DNA of 38,097 bases from Burkholderiales bacterium. GTDB taxonomy: Bacteria; Pseudomonadota; Gammaproteobacteria; Burkholderiales; SG8-41. The stretch's first letter is position 1. The number at the start of each line of letters is the position of its first letter. Of this stretch, positions 18,684 through 27,223 are shown piece after piece. The notes beneath the pieces were generated by a model. It worked only from the letters and a program-made list of their open reading frames with translations, was not told where the DNA came from and did no database searches. The stretch is from positions 1 through 38,097 of the forward strand of contig JBKJPI010000027.1 of the NCBI GenBank assembly GCA_046595235.1, given 5' to 3'. Both the position numbers and the translations under genes were made by a program.

Positions 18684-19603
18684 CGGGTGAGATTCACGAA
18701 GACGTCTTCGAGGCTCGTTTGCGCAGGCGCGAGTTGATACAGGCCCCAGTTCTTTTCCACCGAACGCGCGACGAGCTGTTCTGTCGGATCGCGGTCGGCT
18801 TCGAGCTGCAGGCGAAAAAGCTTGTCGCTCATGCGCTCCACCGCAGCGACGCCTGCGAGCTGGGCAAGCTCGGCATCCGCCGGCGGCCGTCTCAGGCCGA
18901 GCACGACGGTGCGTCCGCCGTGCAGCGCTTTGAGCGCGGCTATCGTATCGCTGTAAACGAGGTTCCCGTGGTGCATGATCTGCACGCGGTCGCAGATTGC
19001 TTCGACTTCCGAAAGGATGTGCGTCGACAGAACGACGCTGTGCGATCCACCCAGCTCGCGCACGAGTGTGCGTATTTCACGAATCTGATTCGGGTCGAGT
19101 CCCGCAGTCGGCTCATCCAGTATCACGACGTCGGGTTCGTGCGCGATTGCCTGCGCGATGCCGACGCGCTGCTGGTAGCCTTTGGAAAGATTGGCGATGA
19201 GCTTGGGCCCCACATCGATGAGTCCGCAGCGTTGCTTGGCCTTGGCGATCGCGTTCCGCCGTTCGGCCTTGGGCACTCGGTGCAATCTGACTGCAAGGCT
19301 CAAATACTCGTCCACGTTGAGCTCGCGGTAGAGCGGCGGGTTCTCGGGGAGGTAACCGATTTTCGCCTTGGCCGCCGTCGGCCGCGCGAGGAGATCGATG
19401 CCGCACACGCTGATCTCGCCTTCCGTCGGAGCAAGGTTCCCCGTGAGCATCTGCATCGTGGTCGTCTTGCCCGCGCCATTCGGGCCGAGCAGCCCAAGCA
19501 CCTCGCCGCGCTTCAGTTCGAGCTCGACGCGATTGACGGCGGTGTGTGCGCCGAAGCGGCGCATGAGGCCGCGCGCGGAAAGTGTCGTCGAAGGCGTGGA
19601 CAT
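18680..19603 (-). CDS. ABC transporter ATP-binding protein (GldA/CcmA-like)
   Basis: Walker A GPNGAGKTT, signature LSKGYQQR and Walker B VVILDEPTAGLD. Confidence 0.93.
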   Translation of the reverse strand: MSTPSTTLSARGLMRRFGAHTAVNRVELELKRGEVLGLLGPNGAGKTTTMQMLTGNLAPTEGEISVCGIDLLARPTAAKAKIGYLPENPPLYRELNVDEYLSLAVRLHRVPKAERRNAIAKAKQRCGLIDVGPKLIANLSKGYQQRVGIAQAIAHEPDVVILDEPTAGLDPNQIREIRTLVRELGGSHSVVLSTHILSEVEAICDRVQIMHHGNLVYSDTIAALKALHGGRTVVLGLRRPPADAELAQLAGVAAVERMSDKLFRLQLEADRDPTEQLVARSVEKNWGLYQLAPAQTSLEDVFVNLTR

Positions 19604-19639
19604 CGGAAGGCGAGCGGCGCCGCGTGGGCGGCTCGCATC

Positions 19640-19668
19640 TTGTGGTGTCGGCGAAATATACCTAATAT
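19640..19668 (+). promoter_or_regulatory. Candidate sigma-70 promoter for the TPR-lolB-ispE operon
   Basis: TTGTGG (19640-19645), a 17-nt spacer, then TAATAT (19663-19668), in an AT-rich divergent intergenic region. Confidence 0.35.
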
Positions 19669-19678
19669 GTAGCGGTTA

Positions 19679-21532
19679 ATGAAGCAACCCGCCGCCCCAT
19701 CCCGGCGACATCTGCCGTCAACCGCCGCCGCTTCAGGCGCGGCTCCCCTCCCCATGACACGTTTCGTAAGCGCAGTGTGCGCAGCAGCCTTTGCGAGCGC
19801 CGCCGTCGCGGGCGATCTCATTCCTTCTCACGAGCCGTTCGGGAGAGACGTTGCGCAGGCGGTGCAAATTGCGCCGAAAGCCAAACCTGCTGCGAAACCG
19901 CCGCTTCGGCCGGCGCTGCCGAACGTCGAGCTCACAGAACAGCTGATGCACAAGATGATGGTGGCCGAAGTCGCGCTTCAGCGCGGCCAGCCACACATCG
20001 GGGTTGCGGCTTACCTCGAACTCGCGCGCGAGACGAAAGATCCCCGAATCGCCCAGCGGGCCGCCGAAGTTGCGTGGGCCGCGCGTTACGTCGATGCAGC
20101 CCTCGAGGCAGCCGGTATATGGCTTCAGGCGTCACCCGGGGACCCGCGCGCCCGCCAGGTGCTCGCGGCGCTGCTTGCGAACGAGCAGAAACTGGACGCA
20201 GCGCGGGGCCATTTCGAACAGTGGCTGGCTTCGGACCGGGAAAATATCGGGCAGAGTTTTCTGCAGCTCTCCACCCTTCTTGCCCGGAACACCGACCGCA
20301 AAGCAGTGCTGACGCTCGTTCGCAGCCTTGCGAAGCCGTATCCCGATGTACCCGAGGCGCGCCTCGCCGTCGCGCAGGCGGCGTGGAATGCAGGAGACGA
20401 GACGGTGGCGCTCGATGAAGCCGCGGCAGCGCTCAAGCTGCGGCCCGACTGGGAGCTCGCCGCGCTCTTTCGTGCTCAAGCCCTGCAGCGTCGGTCGAAC
20501 GACGAAGCGATCGCTTTCCTCGGCGACTACCTGCGCCGTCACAACGACGCTAAGGATGCGAGGCTCAATTACGCACGTCTGCTGGTCGCGGCCAAGCGTT
20601 ATCCCGAAGCGCGGAAGCAGTTCGAAATTCTCGTCGAACAGTTTCCGCAGAATGCCGACGTAACGATGGCGGTTGCGCTCCTTGCAATGCAGGCGAGCGA
20701 TTACGACAGCGCTGAGACTCAGCTCAGGCGCTCGCTCGACGCGGGTTACGGCGAACCCGATGTGGCGCGTCTTTACCTGGGACAGATCGCCGAGGAACGG
20801 AAGCGCTTCGACGAAGCGTTCAAGTGGTACTCGGAGGTGCAGCCGGGCGAGCAGTATCTGACCGCCCGCACGCGTTATGCCGCACTGCTCGCGAAACAGG
20901 GAAAACTGGGCGAAGCGCGCAAGTACCTTCAGGATCTTGGCGAGAGCAATCCGAGTCAGCGCCTTCCGCTCACGCTCGCTGAAGCCCAGCTTCTGCGCGA
21001 CGCGAATTCGCACAAGGAAGCTTTCGAGCTTCTCGGCCGCGCGCTCAAGGCTTCCCCCGACGCCCCGGACCTCTTATACGAGCATGCAATGGCGGCGGAG
21101 AAAATGGACCGCGTCGACATTCTCGAAGCCAACCTGCGGAAGCTGATCCAGATCCGGCCGGAGCACGCACACGCGCACAACGCGCTGGGATACACGCTCG
21201 CCGATCGCAATCAGCGCCTCCCCGAAGCGTATCAGCTCATCGAAAAGGCGCTGAAGCTGACGCCTGATGATCCGTTCATCATGGACAGCATGGGCTGGGT
21301 GCTCTACCGGCTTGGGCGTAACCGCGAGGCGCTCGACTTCCTCCAACGCGCCTACCTCCTGCGTCCGGAAGCGGACATCGCAGCGCATCTCGGGGAAGTT
21401 CTGTGGGTCGACGGGCAGCAGGATGCCGCCCGTAAGGTGTGGGCCGAGGGGCTGAAGATTGACGCCAAGAACGAGGCGCTGCAGAACACCATCAAGCGGT
21501 TCGCGCCGGTCATCCTGCCTGCAGCAAGATGA
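19679..21532 (+). CDS. Tetratricopeptide repeat protein, probably exported
   Basis: Many TPR-like helical repeats across 617 aa. A signal-like segment MTRFVSAVCAAAFASAAVAG suggests an alternative start at 19754. Confidence 0.8.
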   Translation: MKQPAAPSRRHLPSTAAASGAAPLPMTRFVSAVCAAAFASAAVAGDLIPSHEPFGRDVAQAVQIAPKAKPAAKPPLRPALPNVELTEQLMHKMMVAEVALQRGQPHIGVAAYLELARETKDPRIAQRAAEVAWAARYVDAALEAAGIWLQASPGDPRARQVLAALLANEQKLDAARGHFEQWLASDRENIGQSFLQLSTLLARNTDRKAVLTLVRSLAKPYPDVPEARLAVAQAAWNAGDETVALDEAAAALKLRPDWELAALFRAQALQRRSNDEAIAFLGDYLRRHNDAKDARLNYARLLVAAKRYPEARKQFEILVEQFPQNADVTMAVALLAMQASDYDSAETQLRRSLDAGYGEPDVARLYLGQIAEERKRFDEAFKWYSEVQPGEQYLTARTRYAALLAKQGKLGEARKYLQDLGESNPSQRLPLTLAEAQLLRDANSHKEAFELLGRALKASPDAPDLLYEHAMAAEKMDRVDILEANLRKLIQIRPEHAHAHNALGYTLADRNQRLPEAYQLIEKALKLTPDDPFIMDSMGWVLYRLGRNREALDFLQRAYLLRPEADIAAHLGEVLWVDGQQDAARKVWAEGLKIDAKNEALQNTIKRFAPVILPAAR

Positions 21533-21543
21533 AGTTGCGTATT

Positions 21544-21626
21544 GGGCGGCGCTCGCCTCCGCTCGGGCCTCGTCGCCCCACGAACAGAAGGAAACCCATG
21601 GTTTCCCTCCGTAACCTCCTTTCCTT
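21544..21626 (+). repeat. Copy B of the intergenic repeat family (hairpin 21587-21610)
   Basis: About 90 percent identical by eye to copy A across 83 nt. It starts 12 nt after the TPR gene stop and contains the probable lolB start codon. Confidence 0.75.
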
Positions 21627-22209
21627 CGGTCGCGCGGGCAAGTTCCGGGCACCACTAGGCGTTGCGTTGATGGCGGCGTTGCTGATGTCCGCATGCATGA
21701 GCATGCCGCAGGCCGCTCGCGATGCGGCGCCTTTCGACCTGCTCGGCCGCGCGCTCGTGACGTATGGTGGCGGCGCGCTGACTGCGAACCTGCGGTGGGA
21801 GCACGGCAGCGAGCAGGACGAGATTTGGCTCATGACCCCGACCGGGCAGACACTCGCCCACATCGTCGATTCAGCGCAGGGCGCGGTGCTGACGCGCGCG
21901 GATCAGCAGCAGTATCGCGCCGGTAACGCGGAAACGCTGACGCGCCAGGGGCTCGGCTGGGCGCTGCCGATCGGCCTGCTCCAGTATTGGGTAAGAGGCC
22001 TTTCGGCACCCGGCTCGCCGCCGACCGCCGTCGAGCGCGATGCCGCTAATCGCCTGCTCGCACTCACTCAACAGGGCTGGCGTGTGGCGCTCACCTGGAA
22101 CGCCGCGGAGAGCGAGCACGCCGGTCTCGTCAGGCGTGTCGATCTCAAAGACGGCCCCAACGAGATCCGCCTTGTAATAGACACCTGGCGCGATATTCGC
22201 CTGCCCTGA
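21598..22209 (+). CDS. lolB: Outer membrane lipoprotein LolB
   Basis: Lipobox LLMSAC preceded by the basic n-region GRAGKFR. Conserved position upstream of ispE. ATG 21598 lies inside repeat copy B. An alternative ATG 21529 forms an ATGA overlap with the TPR stop. Confidence 0.78.
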   Translation: MVSLRNLLSFGRAGKFRAPLGVALMAALLMSACMSMPQAARDAAPFDLLGRALVTYGGGALTANLRWEHGSEQDEIWLMTPTGQTLAHIVDSAQGAVLTRADQQQYRAGNAETLTRQGLGWALPIGLLQYWVRGLSAPGSPPTAVERDAANRLLALTQQGWRVALTWNAAESEHAGLVRRVDLKDGPNEIRLVIDTWRDIRLP

Positions 22210-22216
22210 CGCCGGA

Positions 22217-23053
22217 GTGCTTGTGGAATCGTTTCCCGCGCCGGCGAAACTGAATCTCATGCTGCGCGTGGTAGGCCGCCGCGCGGACGGTTATCACCTC
22301 CTGCAGACCGTGTTCCGCTTTATCGACTACGGCGATGAGGTCCGGATTTCGGTCACGCAGGACGGCGAGATCCGTCGCGTCCGCGATTTACCGGGTATTC
22401 CGGCTGAAGATGATCTCTCGCTCCGCGCAGCCGTTCTTCTGAAACAGGAGACAGGTGCGCCATCCGGCGCCGACATCGAAGTCATCAAGCGGCTGCCGCC
22501 AGGCGGCGGGCTCGGCGGCGGGAGCTCTGACGCCGCCACGGTTCTCATCGCGCTCAACCACCTATGGAAAACGGGCCTCACCCGCAGCGAGCTGCAGGCG
22601 CTGGGATTACGCCTGGGTGCGGACGTGCCGGTATTTGTCTTGGGAGAGAGTGCCTTAGGCGAAGGCGTGGGCGAGGTACTGACCCCGTTTGCACTGGAAC
22701 CGGCGTGGTACGTGGTGCTGGTCCCGGCGGTCGGTGTCACCACATCCCGCGTTTTTGCCCATCCCGAATTGAAACGCGACTCCAAACCTATTAAAATACA
22801 GGGCTTTTCGAGCTTTGACGCGGTAAACGACCTGCAGGCGCTCGTTTGTCGCTTGTATCCCGAAGTCGCACGAAATCTCGACTGGTTGAAGCAGCACGGG
22901 CCGGCCCTCATGACCGGCTCGGGGGCATGCGTGTTCTCGCCATTTGAATCGGAGCGTCGGGCTCGGGCAGTTTTTTCGCAGGTGCCGGCGACGATGAAAG
23001 GTTTTGTCGCGCGCGGCCTCGACCGGCATCCGCTTCTGGATCTGGCAGCCTGA
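22217..23053 (+). CDS. ispE: 4-diphosphocytidyl-2-C-methyl-D-erythritol kinase
   Basis: PAKLNLMLRVVGRRADGYH and the GHMP kinase motif PPGGGLGGGSSDAA. GTG start. Confidence 0.93.
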   Translation: MLVESFPAPAKLNLMLRVVGRRADGYHLLQTVFRFIDYGDEVRISVTQDGEIRRVRDLPGIPAEDDLSLRAAVLLKQETGAPSGADIEVIKRLPPGGGLGGGSSDAATVLIALNHLWKTGLTRSELQALGLRLGADVPVFVLGESALGEGVGEVLTPFALEPAWYVVLVPAVGVTTSRVFAHPELKRDSKPIKIQGFSSFDAVNDLQALVCRLYPEVARNLDWLKQHGPALMTGSGACVFSPFESERRARAVFSQVPATMKGFVARGLDRHPLLDLAA

Positions 23054-23112
23054 AGCTCGAGATTGAGATTGGTGGCCGGGCGCTTTCGAAACCGGCAGGC
23101 CGTAGTAACAGT

Positions 23113-23186
23113 TGGGGAGTCGCCAAGCTGGTTAAGGCACCGGATTTTGATTCCGGCATGCGAAGGTTCGAATCCTTCCTCCCCAG
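23113..23186 (+). tRNA. tRNA-Gln (anticodon UUG)
   Basis: A manual cloverleaf fits: acceptor TGGGGAG/CTCCCCA, anticodon stem CCGGA/TCCGG with loop TTTTGAT, and T-arm GAAGG-TTCGAAT-CCTTC. 74 nt. CCA is not encoded. Confidence 0.93.
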
Positions 23187-23272
23187 CCCGAACAACGTAC
23201 GACGGGTGCTTCGCACGCAAGAAGCAGCTTAGGCGCCTTGCGGCGCTACGCACGATTTACGACGGGGATAAC

Positions 23273-24223
23273 GTGGCGCTCGACAGACTTACCGTCTTTA
23301 CCGGGAACGCCAATCCGAAGCTTGCCGAAGCCGTCGTCGGCCATTTGCGGCTGCCGCTCGGTCGCGCGAAAGTGGGCCAGTTCAGCGACGGCGAGGTGAT
23401 GGTGGAGATCCTCGAGAACGTTCGAGGTCAGGACGTATTCGTGCTGCAGTCCTTGTGCGCGCCGACCAACGATCACCTGATGGAAATGCTGGTGATGGTC
23501 GATGCGCTGAAGCGTGCTTCGGCGGGGCGCGTCACGGCGGCAATCCCTTACATGGGATATGCGAGACAGGACAGGAGACCCGGTTCGGCGCGCGTGCCGA
23601 TCACCGCGAAAGTCGTGGCGAACATGATGGCAAGCGCCGGCGTTGACCGTGTGCTGACGATGGATCTTCACTCGGAGCAGATCCAGGGTTTTTTCGACAT
23701 TCCGGTCGACAACATTTACTCCGGGCCGATCATGCTCGGGGATGTGTGGAAACACGGCTACAAGGATCTCGTCGCAGTTTCGCCGGACGTCGGCGGTGTG
23801 TTGCGGGCACGGGCGCTCGCGAAGCGCCTCGATGCCGACCTCGCGATCATCGACAAGCGACGGCCCAAAGCCAATGTGGCGACCGTCATGAACATCATTG
23901 GAGAAGTCGAAGGCCGCACGTGCGTCATCATCGACGACATGGTCGACACCGCGAACACCTTGTGTGCCGGCGCGGCGGCACTGAAGGAGCACGGCGCAGA
24001 AAAAGTGGTTGCCTATTGCACGCACCCGGTGCTTTCGGGGCCGGCAGTCGAGCGCATCAACGCTTCGGTGCTCGACGAGCTCGTTGTCACCGATACGATT
24101 CCCTTGCGTGAAGACGCGCGTCAGTGCGCAAAAATCCGCGTGCTGACGGTTGCAAGCCTGATGGCGGAGACGATGCGGCGCATCAGTGAAGAGGCGTCCG
24201 TCAGCTCGCTTTTCGTTGAGTAA
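23273..24223 (+). CDS. prs: Ribose-phosphate pyrophosphokinase
   Basis: [27 protein letters not shown] and the PRPP loop [14 protein letters not shown] 23273 gives the expected length of about 316 aa. The ORF-track extension upstream runs across the tRNA. Confidence 0.93.
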   Translation: MALDRLTVFTGNANPKLAEAVVGHLRLPLGRAKVGQFSDGEVMVEILENVRGQDVFVLQSLCAPTNDHLMEMLVMVDALKRASAGRVTAAIPYMGYARQDRRPGSARVPITAKVVANMMASAGVDRVLTMDLHSEQIQGFFDIPVDNIYSGPIMLGDVWKHGYKDLVAVSPDVGGVLRARALAKRLDADLAIIDKRRPKANVATVMNIIGEVEGRTCVIIDDMVDTANTLCAGAAALKEHGAEKVVAYCTHPVLSGPAVERINASVLDELVVTDTIPLREDARQCAKIRVLTVASLMAETMRRISEEASVSSLFVE

Positions 24224-24316
24224 GACATTTCGGCGGCGATCTGAGCCCGCCACATTTTGTAGTTTCGTTGCAGGGGGAGTCTGGTCGCGGACACCCCGTT
24301 TACACTGGAGAATCAG

Positions 24317-25027
24317 ATGAAAATCGAAGTAACAGCATTTCCCCGCACGCTGCAGGGCACGGGTGCGAGCCGCCGCCTGCGCGGGAGCGGCCGGGTCCCC
24401 GGTGTGATTTACGGGGCCAACCAGCCGGCAGCAACCGTGGAACTCGATCAGAACGCGCTGCTGCGGCATCTGAAGCTCGAAGCGTTCCATGCCTCGATTC
24501 TCGACATGAGCGTCGAAGGCAGCCGTGAGCGCGTGCTGCTGCGCGACTTCCAGATGCATCCGTGGAAGAAGCAGGTGCTGCACGTCGACTTCCAGCGCGT
24601 CGATCCGAAGAAAAAAATTCACATGCGCGTGCCGCTGCACTTCAAGAACGCGGAAATCTCACCCGGCGTAAAAACCGGCGGCGGTGTCGTCACCCACTCG
24701 ATGAACGAGATCGAGATCCAGTGTCTGCCCGATCATTTGCCTGAGTACATCGAGGTGGATCTGATCGACGTGCAGTTGAACGACATCATTCACGTCAACG
24801 ACCTGAAGCTTCCCGAAGGTGTCGAGCCGTTGATGAAAGCGAAGTCGGACAATCCCCCCGTGGCCTCGGTCCATCTGCCGAAGGTCGTGGCAGTGGAAGA
24901 GGATGCCGCGGCGCCGGTTACCGAGATCACAGGTCAGACGCCGGCCGAGGCTGCTGCGGCAGCCGAAGGCGACAAGAAAGACGGTGGAAAGGACAGCAAG
25001 AAGGAAGGCGGGAAGGACAGCAAGTAA
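24317..25027 (+). CDS. rplY: 50S ribosomal protein L25 / general stress protein Ctc, long form with a Lys/Gly-rich tail
   Basis: RTLQGTGASRRLRGSGRVPGVIYG ... LHVDFQRV. The C-terminal tail is EGDKKDGGKDSKKEGGKDSK. Confidence 0.93.
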   Translation: MKIEVTAFPRTLQGTGASRRLRGSGRVPGVIYGANQPAATVELDQNALLRHLKLEAFHASILDMSVEGSRERVLLRDFQMHPWKKQVLHVDFQRVDPKKKIHMRVPLHFKNAEISPGVKTGGGVVTHSMNEIEIQCLPDHLPEYIEVDLIDVQLNDIIHVNDLKLPEGVEPLMKAKSDNPPVASVHLPKVVAVEEDAAAPVTEITGQTPAEAAAAAEGDKKDGGKDSKKEGGKDSK

Positions 25028-25048
25028 TCGCGCTCACCGACCGACGAA

Positions 25049-25085
25049 GGCCCGCCGGGTCCAGGACCTGGCGGGCTTTTTGTTT
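25049..25085 (+). terminator. Rho-independent terminator after rplY
   Basis: GGCCCGCCGGGTCC-A-GGACCTGGCGGGC followed by TTTTTGTTTG. Confidence 0.75.
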
Positions 25086-25161
25086 GTGCGGCAAGGCGCC
25101 TGCGGCCCACGTCTCTCGCGTTTAATGAATCAACGATGCAAAGCCCGTTGTCCCCAATTCA

Positions 25162-25737
25162 ATGAAACTCGTCGTCGGCCTCGGCAATCCGGGTTCGAAA
25201 TACGAAGCGACGCGGCACAATGCCGGCTTCTGGTGGCTCGACGCCGTCGCGCGCGCTTCGAAAGCCGAATTTCGGCGGGAGACGCGATTTTCCGGTGAGG
25301 TCGCGCGCGTGCCGGCGAGTGATCTGTGGCTCCTCAAGCCTTCGACGTTCATGAATGAATCCGGACGGGCAGTGGGTGCGTTCGCGACGTTCTACCGGAT
25401 CGACGCCGCCGAGATTCTCGTCGCGCACGACGATCTCGATCTTCCGCCGGGGGGGGTGAAGCTCAAGTTTGGCGGCGGCCTCTCAGGGCACAACGGGCTG
25501 CGTGACATTGCCCCGGTTCTCGGCACCCAGGAGTTCTGGCGCCTGAGGATCGGCATCGGCCACCCGCGCGATCTAACTGCAAGTCAGCAGGAAGTCGTCG
25601 ACTATGTGTTGCACGCTCCGCGTGCGGAGGAGCGTAAGTCGATCGACGGTGCACTCGATAAAGCTATGGAGATCTGGCCGCTCGTCACCGCGCACGACAT
25701 GCAGGCCGCCATGCTCAAACTACATACAAAAAGTTAA
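25162..25737 (+). CDS. pth: Peptidyl-tRNA hydrolase
   Basis: MKLVVGLGNPGSKYEATRHNAGF and GHNGLRDI motifs. Confidence 0.95.
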   Translation: MKLVVGLGNPGSKYEATRHNAGFWWLDAVARASKAEFRRETRFSGEVARVPASDLWLLKPSTFMNESGRAVGAFATFYRIDAAEILVAHDDLDLPPGGVKLKFGGGLSGHNGLRDIAPVLGTQEFWRLRIGIGHPRDLTASQQEVVDYVLHAPRAEERKSIDGALDKAMEIWPLVTAHDMQAAMLKLHTKS

Positions 25738-26008
25738 GGAACCTCTGAATAAGTCCCGCGCGGGCGCGACGGAGCGCAAGCCGGGATGTAGTTCTAGAAG
25801 CGATCCCGAAGCAATATCGCGAATATTGCGAGGGGTTGCGACAACGAAATGCGCCCGGGGTGACTCCGTCCCTTCGGGTTGGGCCCAAAACGCGCGTCTG
25901 CTTCGTCGTGCGGCTTGCTAATATTCGCGATATTAGCTGCGCCACACTCCTTACATCCATCACGTTTTGGTCCCAACGCGCTCCACGTGGGACTTGTTCA
26001 GAGGTTCC
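25738..26008. mobile_element. 271-bp MITE-like element bounded by inverted repeats, filling the pth-ychF spacer
   Basis: Left end GGAACCTCTGAATAAGTCCC (25738-25757). Right end GGGACTTGTTCAGAGGTTCC (25989-26008) is its reverse complement at 19 of 20 positions. The internal 15-mer AATATCGCGAATATT (25813-25827) is perfectly complementary to 25920-25934. There is no credible ORF. Confidence 0.5.
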
Positions 26009-26011
26009 AAA

Positions 26012-27106
26012 ATGAGTCTCAAATGCGGCATCGTGGGGCTGCCGAACGTCGGCAAGTCGACGCTTTTCAATGCCCTGACCAAAGCGGGCATTGCGGCTGA
26101 AAACTATCCGTTCTGCACCATCGAACCGAACACCGGCATCGTCGAGGTTCCGGATCCGCGGCTCGACGCGCTTGCCGCACTGGTAAAGCCGGAGAAGGTG
26201 GTTCCCGCCGTCGTCGAGTTCGTCGACATCGCCGGCCTCGTTGCGGGCGCATCGAAAGGTGAGGGTCTCGGCAACCAGTTTCTCGCGACGATCCGGGAAA
26301 CCGATGCAATCACTCACGTCGTACGCTGCTTCGAAGACCCGAACGTCATTCACGTCACCGGCAAGGTCGACCCGATCTCCGATATCGAGACGATCAATAC
26401 CGAGCTCGCGCTCGCGGATCTCTCCACGGTCGAGCGGCAGCTCGCGCGCTATAGCAAGGTGGCGAAGTCCGGTGGCGACAAGGAAGCTCAGCGACTCGTC
26501 GCGGTACTCGAGAAATGCCTGCCCGTTCTCAACGAGGCGCGGCCGGTGCGCGCGCTGGCGCTCGACGATGCAGAAAGAACGATCCTTCGGAATCTTGCAC
26601 TGCTCACCGCCAAGCCGGCGCTGTACGTGGCTAACGTAAAGGAAGATGGCTTCGATGCCAATCCTCACCTCGAAGCGGTGAGACGTCATGCGGCGAGCGA
26701 AGGTGCGCCGGTCGTCGCCGTGTGCGCCGCGGTCGAGGCGGAGATCGCCGACATGAGCGGGGACGACAAGGCGGTGTTTCTCGCCGATATGGGCATGACC
26801 GAACCCGGCCTCGACCGCGTCATCAGTGCGGGATACACGCTTCTCGGTCTTCAGACGTACTTCACTGCCGGGCCGAAGGAAGTGCGCGCGTGGACGGTGC
26901 GCCGGGGCTCAACCGCGCCTCAGGCGGCGGCTGTGATCCACACCGACTTTGAGCGCGGCTTCATTCGCGCAGAAGTGATTGCCTACGACGATTACGTGAA
27001 GCACAAAGGTGAGCAAGGCTCCAAGGAAGCGGGCCGCATGCGCCTAGAAGGGAAGGAGTACATCGTCAAGGACGGGGACGTCATCTTCTTCAGGTTCAAC
27101 GTTTAA
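26012..27106 (+). CDS. ychF: Redox-regulated ATPase YchF
   Basis: [23 protein letters not shown], and C-terminal TGS-domain-like [15 protein letters not shown]. The Shine-Dalgarno GAGG lies inside the right inverted repeat of the upstream element. Confidence 0.96.
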   Translation: MSLKCGIVGLPNVGKSTLFNALTKAGIAAENYPFCTIEPNTGIVEVPDPRLDALAALVKPEKVVPAVVEFVDIAGLVAGASKGEGLGNQFLATIRETDAITHVVRCFEDPNVIHVTGKVDPISDIETINTELALADLSTVERQLARYSKVAKSGGDKEAQRLVAVLEKCLPVLNEARPVRALALDDAERTILRNLALLTAKPALYVANVKEDGFDANPHLEAVRRHAASEGAPVVAVCAAVEAEIADMSGDDKAVFLADMGMTEPGLDRVISAGYTLLGLQTYFTAGPKEVRAWTVRRGSTAPQAAAVIHTDFERGFIRAEVIAYDDYVKHKGEQGSKEAGRMRLEGKEYIVKDGDVIFFRFNV

Positions 27107-27223
27107 AACCACGGTGGTTTTCGGTATGCGCCGGCGGATTCCGCTCGCTATACTGGTGTGTCGCAAGAGCTGATCGATTTCGATGGGCGACACCGAACGA
27201 AACTTCCGAAACAGGGGTATGCA

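Noticed and set aside
23246-24640. 464-aa minus-strand ORF antisense to prs and rplY. Similar long antisense or alternate-frame ORFs occur at 4270-5304, 5439-6431, 12222-13499, 18719-19672, 20132-21013, 22327-23253, 25715-26689, 29052-29990, 29965-31314 and 33686-34504.
   Set aside because: They are Arg/Ala/Gly/Pro-rich with no recognisable motifs. Each lies opposite, or out of frame with, a gene carrying unmistakable family signatures. Such open frames are the expected stop-codon-poor shadow frames of high-GC DNA.
25794-26100. Two ORFs inside the pth-ychF element (25794-25976 minus, 25879-26100 plus), both beginning MGPKR.
   Set aside because: The shared N-terminus is a by-product of the inverted-repeat symmetry around 25870-25885. 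The plus-strand ORF runs out of frame into ychF. Neither has a Shine-Dalgarno sequence or any recognisable domain.
27105-27121. AAAACCA-CGG-TGGTTTT after ychF, considered as a terminator.
   Set aside because: The stem is A/T-rich with a 3-nt loop and there is no separate T-run beyond the stem itself. It is too weak to call with confidence.
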